Shown one piece after another: positions 46,803 to 58,429 of a DNA stretch of 64,000 nucleotides. The notes beneath the pieces were generated by a model. The model ran no database searches. It worked only from the letters and a program-made list of their open reading frames with translations, and was not told the DNA's origin. The stretch comes from Methanobacteriota archaeon (GTDB lineage: Archaea; JAADCQ01; Methanopyri; Methanopyrales; Methanopyraceae), in NCBI GenBank assembly GCA_027064425.1, contig JAMOPO010000052.1:1-64000 (forward strand). Reading direction: 5' to 3'. How positions within the stretch are numbered: the stretch's first letter is position 1; every line of letters begins with the position of its first letter. The translations under genes were made by a program, and so were the position numbers.

Positions 46803-47279
46803 GTGCCGGACACACTCGTCCTCGTGGTCGATCCGGACCGGTGCCAGGGCTGCAGCAAGTGCGTGAAGGCCTGCGAGGAGGCCCACGGGCACGCGCGCAT
46901 CTACAAGGTCTCCGAGGACGCGCCCCCGGTGACCTGCCTCCAGTGCGACGATCCACCGTGCGCCACCGCCTGTCCGATCGACGCGATCCGGGAGGAGGGC
47001 GGGGCGCTGGTTATCACCGAGGACTGCATCGGCTGCGGGCTCTGCGCCGTCGCCTGTCCCTTCGGGGCCATCGAGATCGTGAACGGACGGGCCGAGAAGT
47101 GCACCCTGTGCGTGGACGCGCCCAAGAAGGCGCCCGCGTGCGTGGAGGCCTGCGACCGGGGCGCCCTCCGCCTGCTGTCCAAGTCGGAGATCCCGCGCGA
47201 GAAGCGGGAGTGGCTCGCCTCCGAGCTGCAGCGCATCCACCGACTCCTCCCGGAGCGCGAGGGGGAGTCCACCGAGTAG
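46803..47279 (+). CDS. CooF/DmsB-type 4Fe-4S electron-transfer protein
   Basis: [49 protein letters not shown]. Confidence 0.88.
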   Translation: MPDTLVLVVDPDRCQGCSKCVKACEEAHGHARIYKVSEDAPPVTCLQCDDPPCATACPIDAIREEGGALVITEDCIGCGLCAVACPFGAIEIVNGRAEKCTLCVDAPKKAPACVEACDRGALRLLSKSEIPREKREWLASELQRIHRLLPEREGESTE

Positions 47280-47312
47280 CGCCCGGCAGGCGGCGCAGAG
47301 GGCGGGCGCGCC

Positions 47313-48071
47313 ATGGTCAAACTCGGGATCGTCGGCAAGGGGGGCGTGGGCAAGACCACCGTCGCCGCCACCCTCTCCAAGCTCCTGGCCGAGCGCGGGT
47401 ACGAGGTCCTCGCCGTGGACGCCGACCCCGACCCGGACCTCGCGTACTCCCTGGGACTTGACGAGTGCCCCACCCCGGTCGTTGAGCGCGACGATCTCAT
47501 CGAGGAGCGGACGGGAGCGCCGCCCGGCACGACGCTGGGCGCCGTCTTCAGGGTCAACCCGCGCGTCTCGGACCTCCCGGACCGACTGGCCGTGGAGGTT
47601 GAGCCCGGACTGCGGCTCCTGGTGGTCGGACGGGTGGAGGACGCTGGTGAGGGCTGCTTCTGCCCCGCGGCAGCGCTCGCGCGCCGCCTGATCCGCCACG
47701 TCGTCGCCGACCGGGACGAGGCGATCGTCGTGGACACGGACGCGGGGCTGGAGCACTTCGGCCGGCGGGTGCTCGAGGCGGTCGACTGGGTCGTGATCGT
47801 CTGCGAACCGTCCGTCAAGTCCTTCAAGAACGCGCGTGAGTCCGCCCGACTCGCCCGGCGGCTGGGCATCGACCGGGTAGCCCTCGTGCGGAACAAGTGG
47901 GTCGAGGGCGTGGACGGCCCGGACGTCGACGTGGACGCCTCCGTCACCATCCCCGAGTCCTCCAAGCTGAAGCGGCTCGAGCTCCAGGGTCGACCCGTGT
48001 GGGAGGACGAGACCGTCCGGGAGGCGTGCGAGGAGCTCCTTGATCGGATGCTCGAGCTCCAGCGGGGGTGA
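47313..48071 (+). CDS. cooC: Second CooC-type ATPase
   Basis: GKGGVGKT, DADP, GCFCP, DAGLEHFGR. Confidence 0.9.
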   Translation: MVKLGIVGKGGVGKTTVAATLSKLLAERGYEVLAVDADPDPDLAYSLGLDECPTPVVERDDLIEERTGAPPGTTLGAVFRVNPRVSDLPDRLAVEVEPGLRLLVVGRVEDAGEGCFCPAAALARRLIRHVVADRDEAIVVDTDAGLEHFGRRVLEAVDWVVIVCEPSVKSFKNARESARLARRLGIDRVALVRNKWVEGVDGPDVDVDASVTIPESSKLKRLELQGRPVWEDETVREACEELLDRMLELQRG

Positions 48072-48075
48072 ACGC

Positions 48076-48294
48076 GTGGCCGAGGAGTACACGGTAAGGA
48101 TCGACGAGAGCCTGTGCAAGGGCTGCTTCCTCTGCGTCTGGGTGTGCCCCGCGGACGCCCTCCAGGAGTCCGACCGGAGGAACGAGCGCGGCTACCGGCT
48201 GCCCGAGTACGTGGGCGGCTGCCGAGGGTGCAGGCAGTGCGAGCTGATCTGCCCCGACCTGGCCATCGAGGTGAAGGAGGGTGGAGAGGAATGA
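48076..48294 (+). CDS. korD: 2-oxoglutarate:ferredoxin oxidoreductase delta (ferredoxin)
   Basis: CKGCFLCVWVCP, CRGCRQCELICPDLAI. Confidence 0.9.
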   Translation: MAEEYTVRIDESLCKGCFLCVWVCPADALQESDRRNERGYRLPEYVGGCRGCRQCELICPDLAIEVKEGGEE

Positions 48295-49412
48295 GCGAGA
48301 AGGTCGAGTTCCTGCAGGGGAACGAGGCCTGCGCGGAGGGAGCGATCGCGGCCGGATGCCGCTTCTTCGCGGGTTACCCGATCACGCCGTCCACCGAGAT
48401 CGCCGAGCGCATGAGCGAGCGGCTGCCGGAGGTCGGCGGCGTCTACGTTCAGATGGAGGACGAGATCGCCTCGCTGGCCGCCGTCATCGGCGCCTCCTGG
48501 GCCGGCGTGAAGGCCATGACGGCCACCGCCGGTCCCGGCTTCTCCCTCATGCAAGAGCACATGGGCTTCGCGGCCATGACCGAGACCCCGTGCGTGATCG
48601 TGAACGTCCAGCGCGGCGGACCGAGCACCGGCCAGCCCACCAAGGCCTCACAGTCCGACGTGATGCAGGCCCGCTGGGGCTCTCACGGTGACTACGAGAT
48701 CGTCGCGCTGTCCCCCTCCACGGTCCAAGAGATGTACGACCTCACCATCGAGTGCTTCAACTGGTCCGAGCGCCTCCGAGTCCCGGCGGTGCTCCTCGCC
48801 GACGAGGTCGTGGGGCACATGCGCGAGCGCGTCGTCCTGCGGGAGGACGTCGAGGTCGTGGACCGCGAGCTGCCGGAGGAGGGGGAGGAGATCGAGGAGC
48901 CGTTCCCACTGGAGCCGGACGACCACGTCCCGCCCATGCCCGTGTTCGGGCGCGGGCACCGCGTGCACGTCACGGGCCTGACCCACGACGAGCGCGGCTA
49001 CCCGGCCACGGACGACCCGGAGGTGCACCGCAAGCTGGTCCGCCGACTCTGCAACAAGGTCCGCAAGCGCGCCCGCGAGATCCACGAGAGTGTCGGGTAC
49101 GACTTCATCGAGCGCGAGTCCGATCTGGCCCTCGTGGCCTACGGCGGCTGCGCTCGGACCGTCCTCGAGGCGGCCGAGGAGCTCGGCGCCACGGTCTTCC
49201 GGCCCAAGGTCATCCACCCGTTCGACGCCGACCTCGTTCGAAAGCTCCTCGACGGGTACGAGGTGCTCGTCGTCGAGATGAACCTCGGCCAGTACGTCGA
49301 GATGGTCGAGCGCGCCCTGGACGCGGAGTGCGTGCACCTGCTGGGTCACCCGGGCGGCTACCCGCCCACCCCAGAGCGCGTGATCAAGGAGGCGGAGCGG
49401 ATCCAGGGGTGA
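48291..49412 (+). CDS. korA: 2-oxoglutarate:ferredoxin oxidoreductase alpha
   Basis: GNEA, AGYPITPSTE, QRGGPSTG; next to sucCD. Confidence 0.92.
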   Translation: MSEKVEFLQGNEACAEGAIAAGCRFFAGYPITPSTEIAERMSERLPEVGGVYVQMEDEIASLAAVIGASWAGVKAMTATAGPGFSLMQEHMGFAAMTETPCVIVNVQRGGPSTGQPTKASQSDVMQARWGSHGDYEIVALSPSTVQEMYDLTIECFNWSERLRVPAVLLADEVVGHMRERVVLREDVEVVDRELPEEGEEIEEPFPLEPDDHVPPMPVFGRGHRVHVTGLTHDERGYPATDDPEVHRKLVRRLCNKVRKRAREIHESVGYDFIERESDLALVAYGGCARTVLEAAEELGATVFRPKVIHPFDADLVRKLLDGYEVLVVEMNLGQYVEMVERALDAECVHLLGHPGGYPPTPERVIKEAERIQG

Positions 49413-50224
49413 GCGCCGTGGACTGGAGGGAGCTCATCCGGTGGGAGCGAATGCCGCACATCCTCTGCCCCGGCTGCGGGAACGGGACCATCCTGAACGT
49501 CCTCGTCCGCGCCCTCGCCGAGAAGTTCGAGGAGGGCGAGCTCGACCCCGACAAGACCGTGCTCGTCTCCGGCATCGGCTGCTCCTCCCGGCTCCCCGGC
49601 TACGTGAAGCTCGACTCGCTCCACACGACCCACGGGCGACCCATCGCCTTCGCCACCGGGCTCAAGCTGGCCAACCCGGAGCTGGAGGTCATCGTCGTCA
49701 CCGGCAACGGGGACGCGGCCGCGATCGGCGGGAACCACCTGATCCACGCCGCGCGCAGGAACCTGGACATCACCGTGATCTGCTCGAACAACTACGTCTA
49801 CGGCATGACCGGCGGCCAGGCGAGCCCCACCACGCCGCAGGGCGCCAAGTCCACGACGACCCCGTACGGGAACCCGGAGCCACCCTTCGACCTCTGCGAG
49901 CTCGTCATGGGCGCCGGCGCCCCGCACGTCGAGCGGTGGACCACGGCGCACCCGCACCAGCTCAAGCAGGCCATCCACAGAGCCCTCGAGCGGGAGGGGT
50001 TCTCGTTCATCGACGTCCTCTCCCAGTGCCCCACCAACTACGGGCGCCGCAACGACATGAGGAGCCCGAGGGAGATGCTCGAGTGGCTGCGCGAGAACAC
50101 GAGCACCGAGGACGAGCCCGGGAAGATCCGGATCGGAGTCCTCCGGGACGAGGAGCGCAAGCCCTTCCACGAGCGCGTGTACGAGCTCGTGGAGGAGGTG
50201 AGCGGGGATGAAGAGGGAGGTTAG
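49409..50224 (+). CDS. korB: 2-oxoglutarate:ferredoxin oxidoreductase beta
   Basis: CPGCGN, SGIGCS, HGR, NNYVYGMTGGQASPT. Confidence 0.92.
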   Translation: MSAVDWRELIRWERMPHILCPGCGNGTILNVLVRALAEKFEEGELDPDKTVLVSGIGCSSRLPGYVKLDSLHTTHGRPIAFATGLKLANPELEVIVVTGNGDAAAIGGNHLIHAARRNLDITVICSNNYVYGMTGGQASPTTPQGAKSTTTPYGNPEPPFDLCELVMGAGAPHVERWTTAHPHQLKQAIHRALEREGFSFIDVLSQCPTNYGRRNDMRSPREMLEWLRENTSTEDEPGKIRIGVLRDEERKPFHERVYELVEEVSGDEEGG

Positions 50225-50741
50225 GATCAGCGGCTTCGGTGGCCAGGGCATCGTCCTGGCCGGGGTCGTGCTGGGCCGGGCCGCGGCCGTGTACGAGGAG
50301 TACAACGCCGTGCAGACGCAGTCCTACGGGCCGGAGGCGCGGGGAGGCGCGTCCCGATCGGACGTGATCATCTCGGACGAGGAGATCATGTACCCGTACG
50401 TCCGGGAGCCCGACTACCTCGTCGCGATGTCCCAGGAGGCTTACGACAAGTACGCGCCCGAGGTGAAGGAGGACGGTCTCATCGTCTACGACTCGACCCT
50501 GGTCGAACCGCACCGCGACGACGACGTAGAGCACGTGGGCGTCCCCGCCACCAAGCTCGCCGAGGAGGAACTGGGCCGCCGGATCGTGGCCAACATGGTG
50601 ATCCTCGGCGCCCTGCGAGAGCTCACCGACCTCGTGTCCGAGGAAGCCCTGAAGCGCGCCGTCGAGGACGCCGTTCCGCCCGGCACGGAGGAGATCAACG
50701 TGAAGGCCGTCGAGCTGGGTGCCCGGGGTGTCCGGGAATGA
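50208..50741 (+). CDS. korC: 2-oxoglutarate:ferredoxin oxidoreductase gamma
   Basis: [15 protein letters not shown]. Confidence 0.92.
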   Translation: MKREVRISGFGGQGIVLAGVVLGRAAAVYEEYNAVQTQSYGPEARGGASRSDVIISDEEIMYPYVREPDYLVAMSQEAYDKYAPEVKEDGLIVYDSTLVEPHRDDDVEHVGVPATKLAEEELGRRIVANMVILGALRELTDLVSEEALKRAVEDAVPPGTEEINVKAVELGARGVRE

Positions 50742-51814
50742 TCCGGCTGCTCGAGCACGAGGCCAAGAAGCTCCTGGCCGAAAAGGGGATCGAGGTCCCG
50801 GACGGCGACCTCGCCCGGACCCCGGAGGAGGCGGCCCGGATCGCCGAGCGCATCGACGGACCCGTGGCCGTGAAGGCGCAGGTACCCGTCGGCGCCCGGG
50901 GCAAGGCGGGCGGTATCCTGTTCGCCGACGACCCGGAGGAGGCCCGGGAGGCGGCCGAGCGGCTCCTCGGCTCCAAGGTCCGGGGCGAGGTGGTGGAGTG
51001 CGTCCTCGTGGAGGAGAAGGTGGACATTGAGGAGGAGTGGTACGTGTCGATCACCGTGGACCGGGGCGAGCGCGCCCCGGTCCTCCTGATCTCCAGGGAG
51101 GGCGGCGTGGACATCGAGGAGGTCCCGGACGAGAAGATCGCTCGGACCCACTTGGATCCGATCCTGGGCCTGCGCGGGTTCGAGGCGCGGCGGACCGCGC
51201 TCGAGGCCGGGATCCCGCGGCGGTATGCCCGGGAGGTGGAGGAGGTCGCCCTGGCCCTGTACGACGTGTTCGACGAGTACGATGCCCACCTGGTCGAGAT
51301 CAACCCGCTGGTCCTGACCAAGGACGACGAACTCGTCGCCGTCGACGCGGTCGTGAACCTGGACGAAGACGCGGCGCGCATCCGCCACCCGGAGTTCGTC
51401 GACGAGGGCGAGGACTTCCCCTTCGTGAAGCTGGGCGGCAACGTCGGCATCATCGCGAACGGGGCCGGGCTCACCATGGCCACCATCGACCTGGTCCGGG
51501 ACCTCGGCGGTGAGCCCGCCAACTTCCTCGACGTGGGCGGCGGTGCGGACCCCGCCCTGATCAAGCGGGCCATACTCAAGGTCGCCAGCCTGGACGTGGA
51601 CGTCATCCTCCTGAACATCTTCGGCGGGATCACCCGCTGCGACGAGGTCGCGAAGGGCATCGTCTCCGTCCTGGACGAGATCGACGTGCCGCTGGTCGTC
51701 CGCCTGGTGGGCACGAACGAGGAGGAGGGCCAGCGCATCCTCCGCGAGCACGGGATCGAGGCCTTCACCGACCTTGAGGAGGCCGTGAAGAAGGCCGTCG
51801 AGCTCTCGGGGTGA
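50738..51814 (+). CDS. sucC: Succinyl-CoA synthetase beta
   Basis: KAQV..G.RGKAGG, NGAGL.MAT.D, NIFGGI. Confidence 0.95.
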   Translation: MIRLLEHEAKKLLAEKGIEVPDGDLARTPEEAARIAERIDGPVAVKAQVPVGARGKAGGILFADDPEEAREAAERLLGSKVRGEVVECVLVEEKVDIEEEWYVSITVDRGERAPVLLISREGGVDIEEVPDEKIARTHLDPILGLRGFEARRTALEAGIPRRYAREVEEVALALYDVFDEYDAHLVEINPLVLTKDDELVAVDAVVNLDEDAARIRHPEFVDEGEDFPFVKLGGNVGIIANGAGLTMATIDLVRDLGGEPANFLDVGGGADPALIKRAILKVASLDVDVILLNIFGGITRCDEVAKGIVSVLDEIDVPLVVRLVGTNEEEGQRILREHGIEAFTDLEEAVKKAVELSG

Positions 51815-51821
51815 GTCTCCC

Positions 51822-52684
<863 letters not shown>

Positions 52685-52685
<1 letters not shown>

Positions 52686-53467
52686 TGAAGGTCTCCGTCC
52701 CCGGCTCCATCACCTGCTTCTTTTACCCGCTCCGCCACCGCGACCCGAGGCGCGCCGGCTCCATCGGGCTCGGCATCGCCGTCGAGGACGTCGTAAAGAT
52801 CCGCGCCCGCGTCCTCCGCTCGGACCGCGTCCGCGTGCGCTCGAACTACCCCATCGGCGACGAGATCGCGAGGGCCTGCGCGGAGACGCTCGGCGTGGGG
52901 CTCAGCGTGCGGTACGAGTTCCGCGTCCCGCCCGGCTGCGGGCTCGGAACCAGCGCCGCCTCCGCCCTGGGCACGCTGCTGGCCGCCAAGCTGGAGCTCG
53001 GCGAGCGACCCGACCCCACGTGGATCGCCCGCCGCGCCCACGAGATCGAGGTTCAGCTCGGCACCGGCCTGGGTGACGTCGCCACCATCTGGCACGGCGG
53101 CTCCGTCCTCCGGCTCCGGACCGGCTACCCGGACCGGGTGAAGACCGTGCGCGTGCCGCTCCGGGAGCGCGTCGTCACCCTGGAGGAGCCCGCCCCGATC
53201 GACACCCGGAAGGAGCTACCGCGGCTGAGCGAGCGCCTCCTCGAGCCCGCGCTGGCCTACGCGCAGCGCCTCGCCAGGAACCCGGACCCGAGCCTCGCGC
53301 TCCACCTCTCCCGCCGCTTCGCTCGGAGGCTCGGCCTGAACCCGCCCCGAGATGGCTCCATCGCCATGCTAAGCCGCACCAGATTTAGGCTGGGAGAGCG
53401 GGACGGGGCCCGCCGCCTGCGGGTCTCATCTCGGCCATTCCCGAAAATGATATCGTCCGTAACCTAG
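52685..53467 (+). CDS. Pantoate kinase (GHMP family)
   Basis: PGSITCFF, PPGCGLGTSAA, AHEIEV..GTGLGDV. Confidence 0.85.
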
Positions 53468-53490
53468 GCTGGTATTACGGGGCGGTCGGT

Positions 53491-53667
53491 ATGTGTGAAT
53501 TCCGGGTGCGCCTGAACGGCGAGACCGTGGCCGAGGACGTGCTGTACCTGGAGGTCAAAGAGGGCGGAGTGCTCCTGCGCGACGTGATGGGAGAGGAGAA
53601 GTTCATCGAGGGCGTTCGGGTCAAGAAAATCGACATGGACGAGCACGTGGTGGAGCTGGAGCGGTAG
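53491..53667 (+). CDS. cooT: CooT-family small nickel-binding protein (58 aa, not in the ORF track)
   Basis: Manual translation MCEFRVRLNGETVAEDVLYLEVKEGGVLLRDVMGEEKFIEGVRVKKIDMDEHVVELER; Met-Cys N-terminus. Confidence 0.82.
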   Translation: MCEFRVRLNGETVAEDVLYLEVKEGGVLLRDVMGEEKFIEGVRVKKIDMDEHVVELER

Positions 53668-53691
53668 TGGGCTCAGGGCTCATAGGGCTCT

Positions 53692-54354
53692 TCATTCGTC
53701 CCCGTCCGTCGGCCTGGAACTCGTCATCGCCCGGATCAGTTCCTCCGCGGTCCGCTCGGGATCCGAGGCCCGAGTGACCGCACGCCCCACGATTTCGAAG
53801 TCGGCCCCGGCCTCGATAGCCGACCCCGGCTCCGCGCCCTGGGCGCCCACGCCCGGGCTGATTATGACCTTGTCGGTCAGCTCCCGGACCTCTCGCACCC
53901 GGGCCGGGTGCGTGGCCGGGGCGACGAACCCCACCACCTCGTCGATGTGGTTGCAAAATCGGACGATCTCCCGGCACACGTCGTCGTAGAACTGCCTCGC
54001 ACCCGGGTGGCTCATCGTCGCCACGACCACCACCGGAGCCTCTCGAGCGCACTCCCGGACGACGTCCCGACCCACGAACCCGTGCACTATCACGGCGTCC
54101 GCGCCGTGGTCGGCTACGGTGGAGACGATGCGCCGTGAGATCTCCGGAATGTCCGCCACCTTCAGGTCCACCAGGAGGAAGGACTCGTCCACCGCCTCCG
54201 CGACCTCTCGGATCCCCTCCGCACCCGCCTCCAGGACGACGTCGTACCCCAGCTTGAACCCGTCCACCCGGCCGTCCAGCCGCTCAGCCAGCTCCACCGC
54301 CCGCCTCAGCCCCACGTCCAGCGCCACGATCAGGTGCGTGCGCGGCTCGAGCAA
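53692..54354 (-). CDS. pyrF: Orotidine 5'-phosphate decarboxylase
   Basis: IVALD, DLKVADIP, SPGVGAQG, IVGR. Confidence 0.95.
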   Translation of the reverse strand: MLEPRTHLIVALDVGLRRAVELAERLDGRVDGFKLGYDVVLEAGAEGIREVAEAVDESFLLVDLKVADIPEISRRIVSTVADHGADAVIVHGFVGRDVVRECAREAPVVVVATMSHPGARQFYDDVCREIVRFCNHIDEVVGFVAPATHPARVREVRELTDKVIISPGVGAQGAEPGSAIEAGADFEIVGRAVTRASDPERTAEELIRAMTSSRPTDGDE

Positions 54355-54832
54355 GCAGCCGCACCCCCACGAGCTCCCCGAGATGGTACCCTAAGTCGAA
54401 GGCCAGGGCGGCCACCGTCACGGCCGCGGTTAGGGCCCCGACCGCCCAGCCGAGCACGACGCCCACCTTTAGGACCGGACGGAGCCCCAGCGGGTCCCGT
54501 GGATGGACCAACTCGTCGACGGCCGCGAGCAGCGCAACGACCAGGAGCGCGGTCACGTCGAGGTCCGGCGCCAGGAGCAGCGTCCCGGCGGCGACCGTGA
54601 CCGCGGCCAGCCCGTGACAGGGCTCGTCGATCTTGCCGACCACCCCGTTCCCCAGGATCAGGCCCAGGTAAAACTCGGGCCTGACTCCCGCTGGGACGGA
54701 GGCGATAGCGGTCGAGGCCGCGAGCGCCCCCGGGACCATCGAGGCGCGGCGCCTCCCGACCCGATCCACCAGGTCGTCAGCCAGCTTGAGCGCCAGCCCG
54801 GAGACCGCGGACAGGAGCGCCCCAATCAGCAT
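54284..54832 (-). CDS. Hypothetical membrane protein
   Basis: Hydrophobic helices with KLADD, KIDE and DE motifs; co-oriented in the operon. Confidence 0.7.
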   Translation of the reverse strand: MLIGALLSAVSGLALKLADDLVDRVGRRRASMVPGALAASTAIASVPAGVRPEFYLGLILGNGVVGKIDEPCHGLAAVTVAAGTLLLAPDLDVTALLVVALLAAVDELVHPRDPLGLRPVLKVGVVLGWAVGALTAAVTVAALAFDLGYHLGELVGVRLLARAAHAPDRGAGRGAEAGGGAG

Positions 54833-55725
54833 TCGCCGATCCCCAGCCGCTGCAGGACTCCGGTCACGAGGAGCGGGAACAGGACGGTGTAGTCCCCGAT
54901 GACGGTGGCGACCTCCGCCTCCTCGCGCACCTTGTCCCAGGACTTACCCTCCTCGAGCGGGGCCCCGCTGAGGCTTCCGGTCTCTGGCCGGTCCATGGTG
55001 ATCTGGACCGCGTAGTCGAGCCCGCCCCGGAGCATGGCCGCGCCCATCGCGAAGTGCTTGGGGACGCTCCCCCCAAGCATGATCGCGCCCAGCTCCTCCG
55101 CCTCGAACACCAGGTCGGACAGGTGGTGCATGTCGTCCACCAGGTCCAGGTGCAGGTCGTGGTCCTGGGAGTACAGCCACACGTGCAGCCCGACCATCGA
55201 GTCCAGGATGCCCGGGGAGTAGACCGGGACGCCCTCGTCGGCGGCGGCCCTCAAGAACCCGTCATCGAGCCGCCTCCCCATCTCCCAGAGCAGCTCCCGC
55301 CCCGAGACGCGCTCGGGCAGGTCCTCCAGCACCTCGTGCATGAACCGCTCGAAGCGCTCGAACGCCTCCATCGGCACGTGAACGTCGTAGATGCGACCGT
55401 ACCCGTCGACGTTCCTTCTCCCCTTGACAACGTGAACGCCGCCGAGGGACTCCAGCACGTCGTGCACAACGTTCGCTCCGGAGGTGATGATCGCGTCCAC
55501 CAGCCCCTCCCGGATGAGCAGGGCGAACAGGTCCCGGAGCCCGCCCGCGACGGCCGGGCCGGCGACCGTCAGGAGGACGGTCGCATCCGAGCTCCACATC
55601 TCCTCCAGCACCTCGGCGGCGCGCGCCAGCCGGCCCGCCCCGAACGCCCCCACCCTCTCCATCTGCCGCAGGAACTCGTTCACGTCCATGTCCGGATCGT
55701 ACCGGAAGGGCCGGCGCTCGCTCAT
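54826..55725 (-). CDS. dys: Deoxyhypusine synthase
   Basis: TSGANVVHD, LGGSVPKH, GSLSGAPLEEGKSWDK. Confidence 0.94.
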   Translation of the reverse strand: MSERRPFRYDPDMDVNEFLRQMERVGAFGAGRLARAAEVLEEMWSSDATVLLTVAGPAVAGGLRDLFALLIREGLVDAIITSGANVVHDVLESLGGVHVVKGRRNVDGYGRIYDVHVPMEAFERFERFMHEVLEDLPERVSGRELLWEMGRRLDDGFLRAAADEGVPVYSPGILDSMVGLHVWLYSQDHDLHLDLVDDMHHLSDLVFEAEELGAIMLGGSVPKHFAMGAAMLRGGLDYAVQITMDRPETGSLSGAPLEEGKSWDKVREEAEVATVIGDYTVLFPLLVTGVLQRLGIGEC

Positions 55726-56495
55726 CCCTCGAGGATCCCCTTGAGGTACTCCCCGATCAGCCGGCAGGCCACGACCGGGGTCACGTGGTCCTCCACCGTC
55801 GGGCACAGCTCCACCACGTCCAGGTGCGCGCCGGCGCGGCCCGCCGCCCGCACGATCCGGGCCACCTCCTCGAACCCCAGCCCACCGGGCTCCGGGGTGG
55901 TCACGCCGGGCGCCAGGGAGGGGTCCAGCACGTCCAGATCCAGCGACACGTAGTCGACGCGGTCCACCACCTCCAGGGCCTCCTCCGGCCGGAGAAGGTG
56001 CAGCCGGTCTGAGCGCTCGAACTCCTCGCGCTCCCGTCGCGACCAGGTCCGGACGCCCACCAGGTACGCCTCCCTGGCGTGATCCAGGCAGGAGCGCAGG
56101 GCTCCGTCATGCCGGTCCGAGGGGAGCAGGTCCGGGTGGGCGTCCAGCCACAGGATGCGACGCGGGCGCAGCCTGGAAGCGACCTCCGGGGCGACGGTGT
56201 GGTCGCCACCCAGGATGAGGAAGGCGTCGGGCCGGGTCTTGGGCTCGAAGGTCTCGGCGTTCCCCTCGTCCACCAGCTCGAGCTCCTCCAGGGGATCCCC
56301 CAGCCCGGGCTCGAAAAAGTCCAGCCCGCGCGCCGTCCTTCGGACCGTGTCGGGGGACCTGGCCTGGCCGCGCGGGTACTCCGGGAGCACGCGCTCCAGC
56401 GGTAGGCCAAGAATGGTTACGTCGGGGGAGCGCACCTCTTCGGGGGGGAACGAGAGGGGGAACCGGGGCCTACTCCTCCTCCTTGATGTCGACAA
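55722..56495 (-). CDS. speB: Agmatinase/arginase-family ureohydrolase; start uncertain
   Basis: [29 protein letters not shown]. Confidence 0.88.
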   Translation of the reverse strand: MSTSRRRSRPRFPLSFPPEEVRSPDVTILGLPLERVLPEYPRGQARSPDTVRRTARGLDFFEPGLGDPLEELELVDEGNAETFEPKTRPDAFLILGGDHTVAPEVASRLRPRRILWLDAHPDLLPSDRHDGALRSCLDHAREAYLVGVRTWSRREREEFERSDRLHLLRPEEALEVVDRVDYVSLDLDVLDPSLAPGVTTPEPGGLGFEEVARIVRAAGRAGAHLDVVELCPTVEDHVTPVVACRLIGEYLKGILEG

Positions 56496-56874
56496 TCTTG
56501 CGCTTACCCGCTGCCTCCATGTACTCCACCGTCACACCCTCCTCCAGCTGCGAGGCCAGCTCCTCGTCGTCCGGCTTCGGCACCTCGAACGTCTCGTAGG
56601 TCTCCGTGTCCATCAGCTGCACCGTGTCGTCCATGACCGAGATCACCTGCGCGGTCTTGCGCTCGACCACCGGCACCTCTACCTTGGCGTCCACCGGCTT
56701 GGTCAGCGTCCGCTTCTTGCCGTCGAAGAGTCCCACCGCGACGATCCTGGCCTTCGCCGACCCGTGCTTGCCCGGCGAGGACGTCGTGTACTCCACGATC
56801 TTGCAGGGCTCGTCGTCGATCATGATGTACTTGCCCTTCTTCAGCTGGCGGACTTCTACCTTCTTGACCGACAT
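56470..56874 (-). CDS. eif5a: Translation factor aIF5A
   Basis: [10 protein letters not shown] hypusine motif. Confidence 0.97.
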   Translation of the reverse strand: MSVKKVEVRQLKKGKYIMIDDEPCKIVEYTTSSPGKHGSAKARIVAVGLFDGKKRTLTKPVDAKVEVPVVERKTAQVISVMDDTVQLMDTETYETFEVPKPDDEELASQLEEGVTVEYMEAAGKRKIVDIKEEE

Positions 56875-56943
56875 TCGATAACCCCCCTAGGGGGGCGGTC
56901 CCCCTGGTCGTCGCCTAATAAGCTTAGCCTTGGGGGGACCGGG

Positions 56944-57429
56944 ATGGGATCGACCGCCCGGTACGCCCTGGTGACCGGGTCCGGCAGGGCGGGCACCTCC
57001 CTGGCCGCGTTCGACGCCGCGCTGCTTGACGCGGGCATCGGGGACTGGAACCTGGTGGAGCTCTCCAGCATCCTCCCCCCGGGCGCCGAGGAGTCCGAGC
57101 TGCCGCCTCTACCCCCGGGAACGATCGTCCCCGCGGTCGTGGCCCGGGCGGTGGGCCGGGGCCCGGTGGCCAGCTGCGTGTGCGTGGCCAAGCTCGAGTC
57201 GGGCTTCGGGGTCATCGCCGAGCGGGCCGGCGAGTCGGACCCGGAGACGGTGGAGGAGAAGGCCCGCAGGGACGTGGAGGAGATGGCGAGGGCGCGCGAC
57301 GAGGAGATCGTCGAGGTCAAGACCGCGACCGCCTTCAACGAGCCGGAGGGGGACGAGTGGGCGGCGGCCGTGTCGGCGGTCGTCCTGTGGGGGAGGCTCC
57401 CGCTTGGAGTCCGTGAAGGAGGAGATTAA
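56944..57429 (+). CDS. pdaD: Pyruvoyl-dependent arginine decarboxylase
   Basis: AFDAALLDAGIGDWNLVELS|SILPP autocleavage site. Confidence 0.92.
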   Translation: MGSTARYALVTGSGRAGTSLAAFDAALLDAGIGDWNLVELSSILPPGAEESELPPLPPGTIVPAVVARAVGRGPVASCVCVAKLESGFGVIAERAGESDPETVEEKARRDVEEMARARDEEIVEVKTATAFNEPEGDEWAAAVSAVVLWGRLPLGVREGGD

Positions 57430-58429
57430 ACGGATCGTGACCGATCGCGTCCTGCCCCGCGTGTCCCGGGTCGAGAGAGGGTGGGAGGAGGTCGGCCGCG
57501 GCGCCGACGGCACGCCGACGATGCGGGTCGACGAGGTCGCGGAGCGGGAGTTCCTGAAGGGACTCGAGGAGCGCGGCCTGGAGGCCAGGGTGATCAGCGA
57601 GGAGGCGGGCGAGGTGATCGTCGGGGAGTCGCCGGAGGTTACCCTGGTCCTGGACCCGCTGGACGGGTCCCACAACGCATCGAAGGGACTGCCGTTTTAC
57701 TGCGTCTCCGTCGGCTTGGCGGACCCGGAGGCCGACTCGCTCTCGGACGTGGAGGACGGGCTCGTGGTCTCGGAGCTGATGACGTTCGAGTCGACGGAGC
57801 CGGTGGAGGAGCGACCGGTCGTTGAGCGACCGGTCGTCGCGGCGTATTACTACGGGACCGACCGCCTGCCCACCGGGCTCCAACGCGAGTTCAAGCTGCG
57901 GTGCCTGGGCTCGGTGGCGCTGGAGCTGGCGATGACCTGCCAGGGGATCCTGGACGGGTTCGTGGACGTCCGCGGGAGCCTCAGGCCGACGGACGTGGCG
58001 GGAGCCTTCGGGCTCGGTCGTGACAGCGCCGCCTTCCTGTTCTTCAGGGAAGGGAGGGAGCTCGGCCCGGAGGACATCCCACTGCGGCCGGACTTCCGCT
58101 TCGAGCTGGCGGCCGCCCGGGACGAGGGCACGGCGAAGAGGCTCTACGACGGGCTGCGGGAGGACGTCGGGATTCGGCACGTCCAGGAGCTGTTCGGGAA
58201 GCACCCGGAGGGACTCACGCGCCACGAGCTCTGCGGCAAGCTGGGAGAGGAGTGCTGCGAACTGGCGCACGCGGTGGGCAAGGGAGAGGGGTACGAGGAG
58301 GAGCTGGCCGACGTGCTCGCCCTGGTGATGAACCTCGCGAACGAGCTCGAGGTGGACGTCCTAGACGCGCTCAAGCGCAAGTTCCGGCGGGTGTTCGAAT
58401 GCCGCGGGCGCCGAGGACGGTCGGGATAA
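57404..58429 (+). CDS. Inositol monophosphatase/NADP phosphatase-like domain fused to a C-terminal MazG-like domain
   Basis: GADGTPT..VD, SEE, DPLDGS, GSVALE; then KLGEECCELA...EEELADVL..NLAN. Confidence 0.85.
   Translation: MESVKEEIKRIVTDRVLPRVSRVERGWEEVGRGADGTPTMRVDEVAEREFLKGLEERGLEARVISEEAGEVIVGESPEVTLVLDPLDGSHNASKGLPFYCVSVGLADPEADSLSDVEDGLVVSELMTFESTEPVEERPVVERPVVAAYYYGTDRLPTGLQREFKLRCLGSVALELAMTCQGILDGFVDVRGSLRPTDVAGAFGLGRDSAAFLFFREGRELGPEDIPLRPDFRFELAAARDEGTAKRLYDGLREDVGIRHVQELFGKHPEGLTRHELCGKLGEECCELAHAVGKGEGYEEELADVLALVMNLANELEVDVLDALKRKFRRVFECRGRRGRSG

Noticed and set aside
54284-54354. 71-nt overlap of the membrane ORF with pyrF
   Set aside because: An ordinary phase-1 overlap with a low-complexity tail, a pattern repeated across this window.
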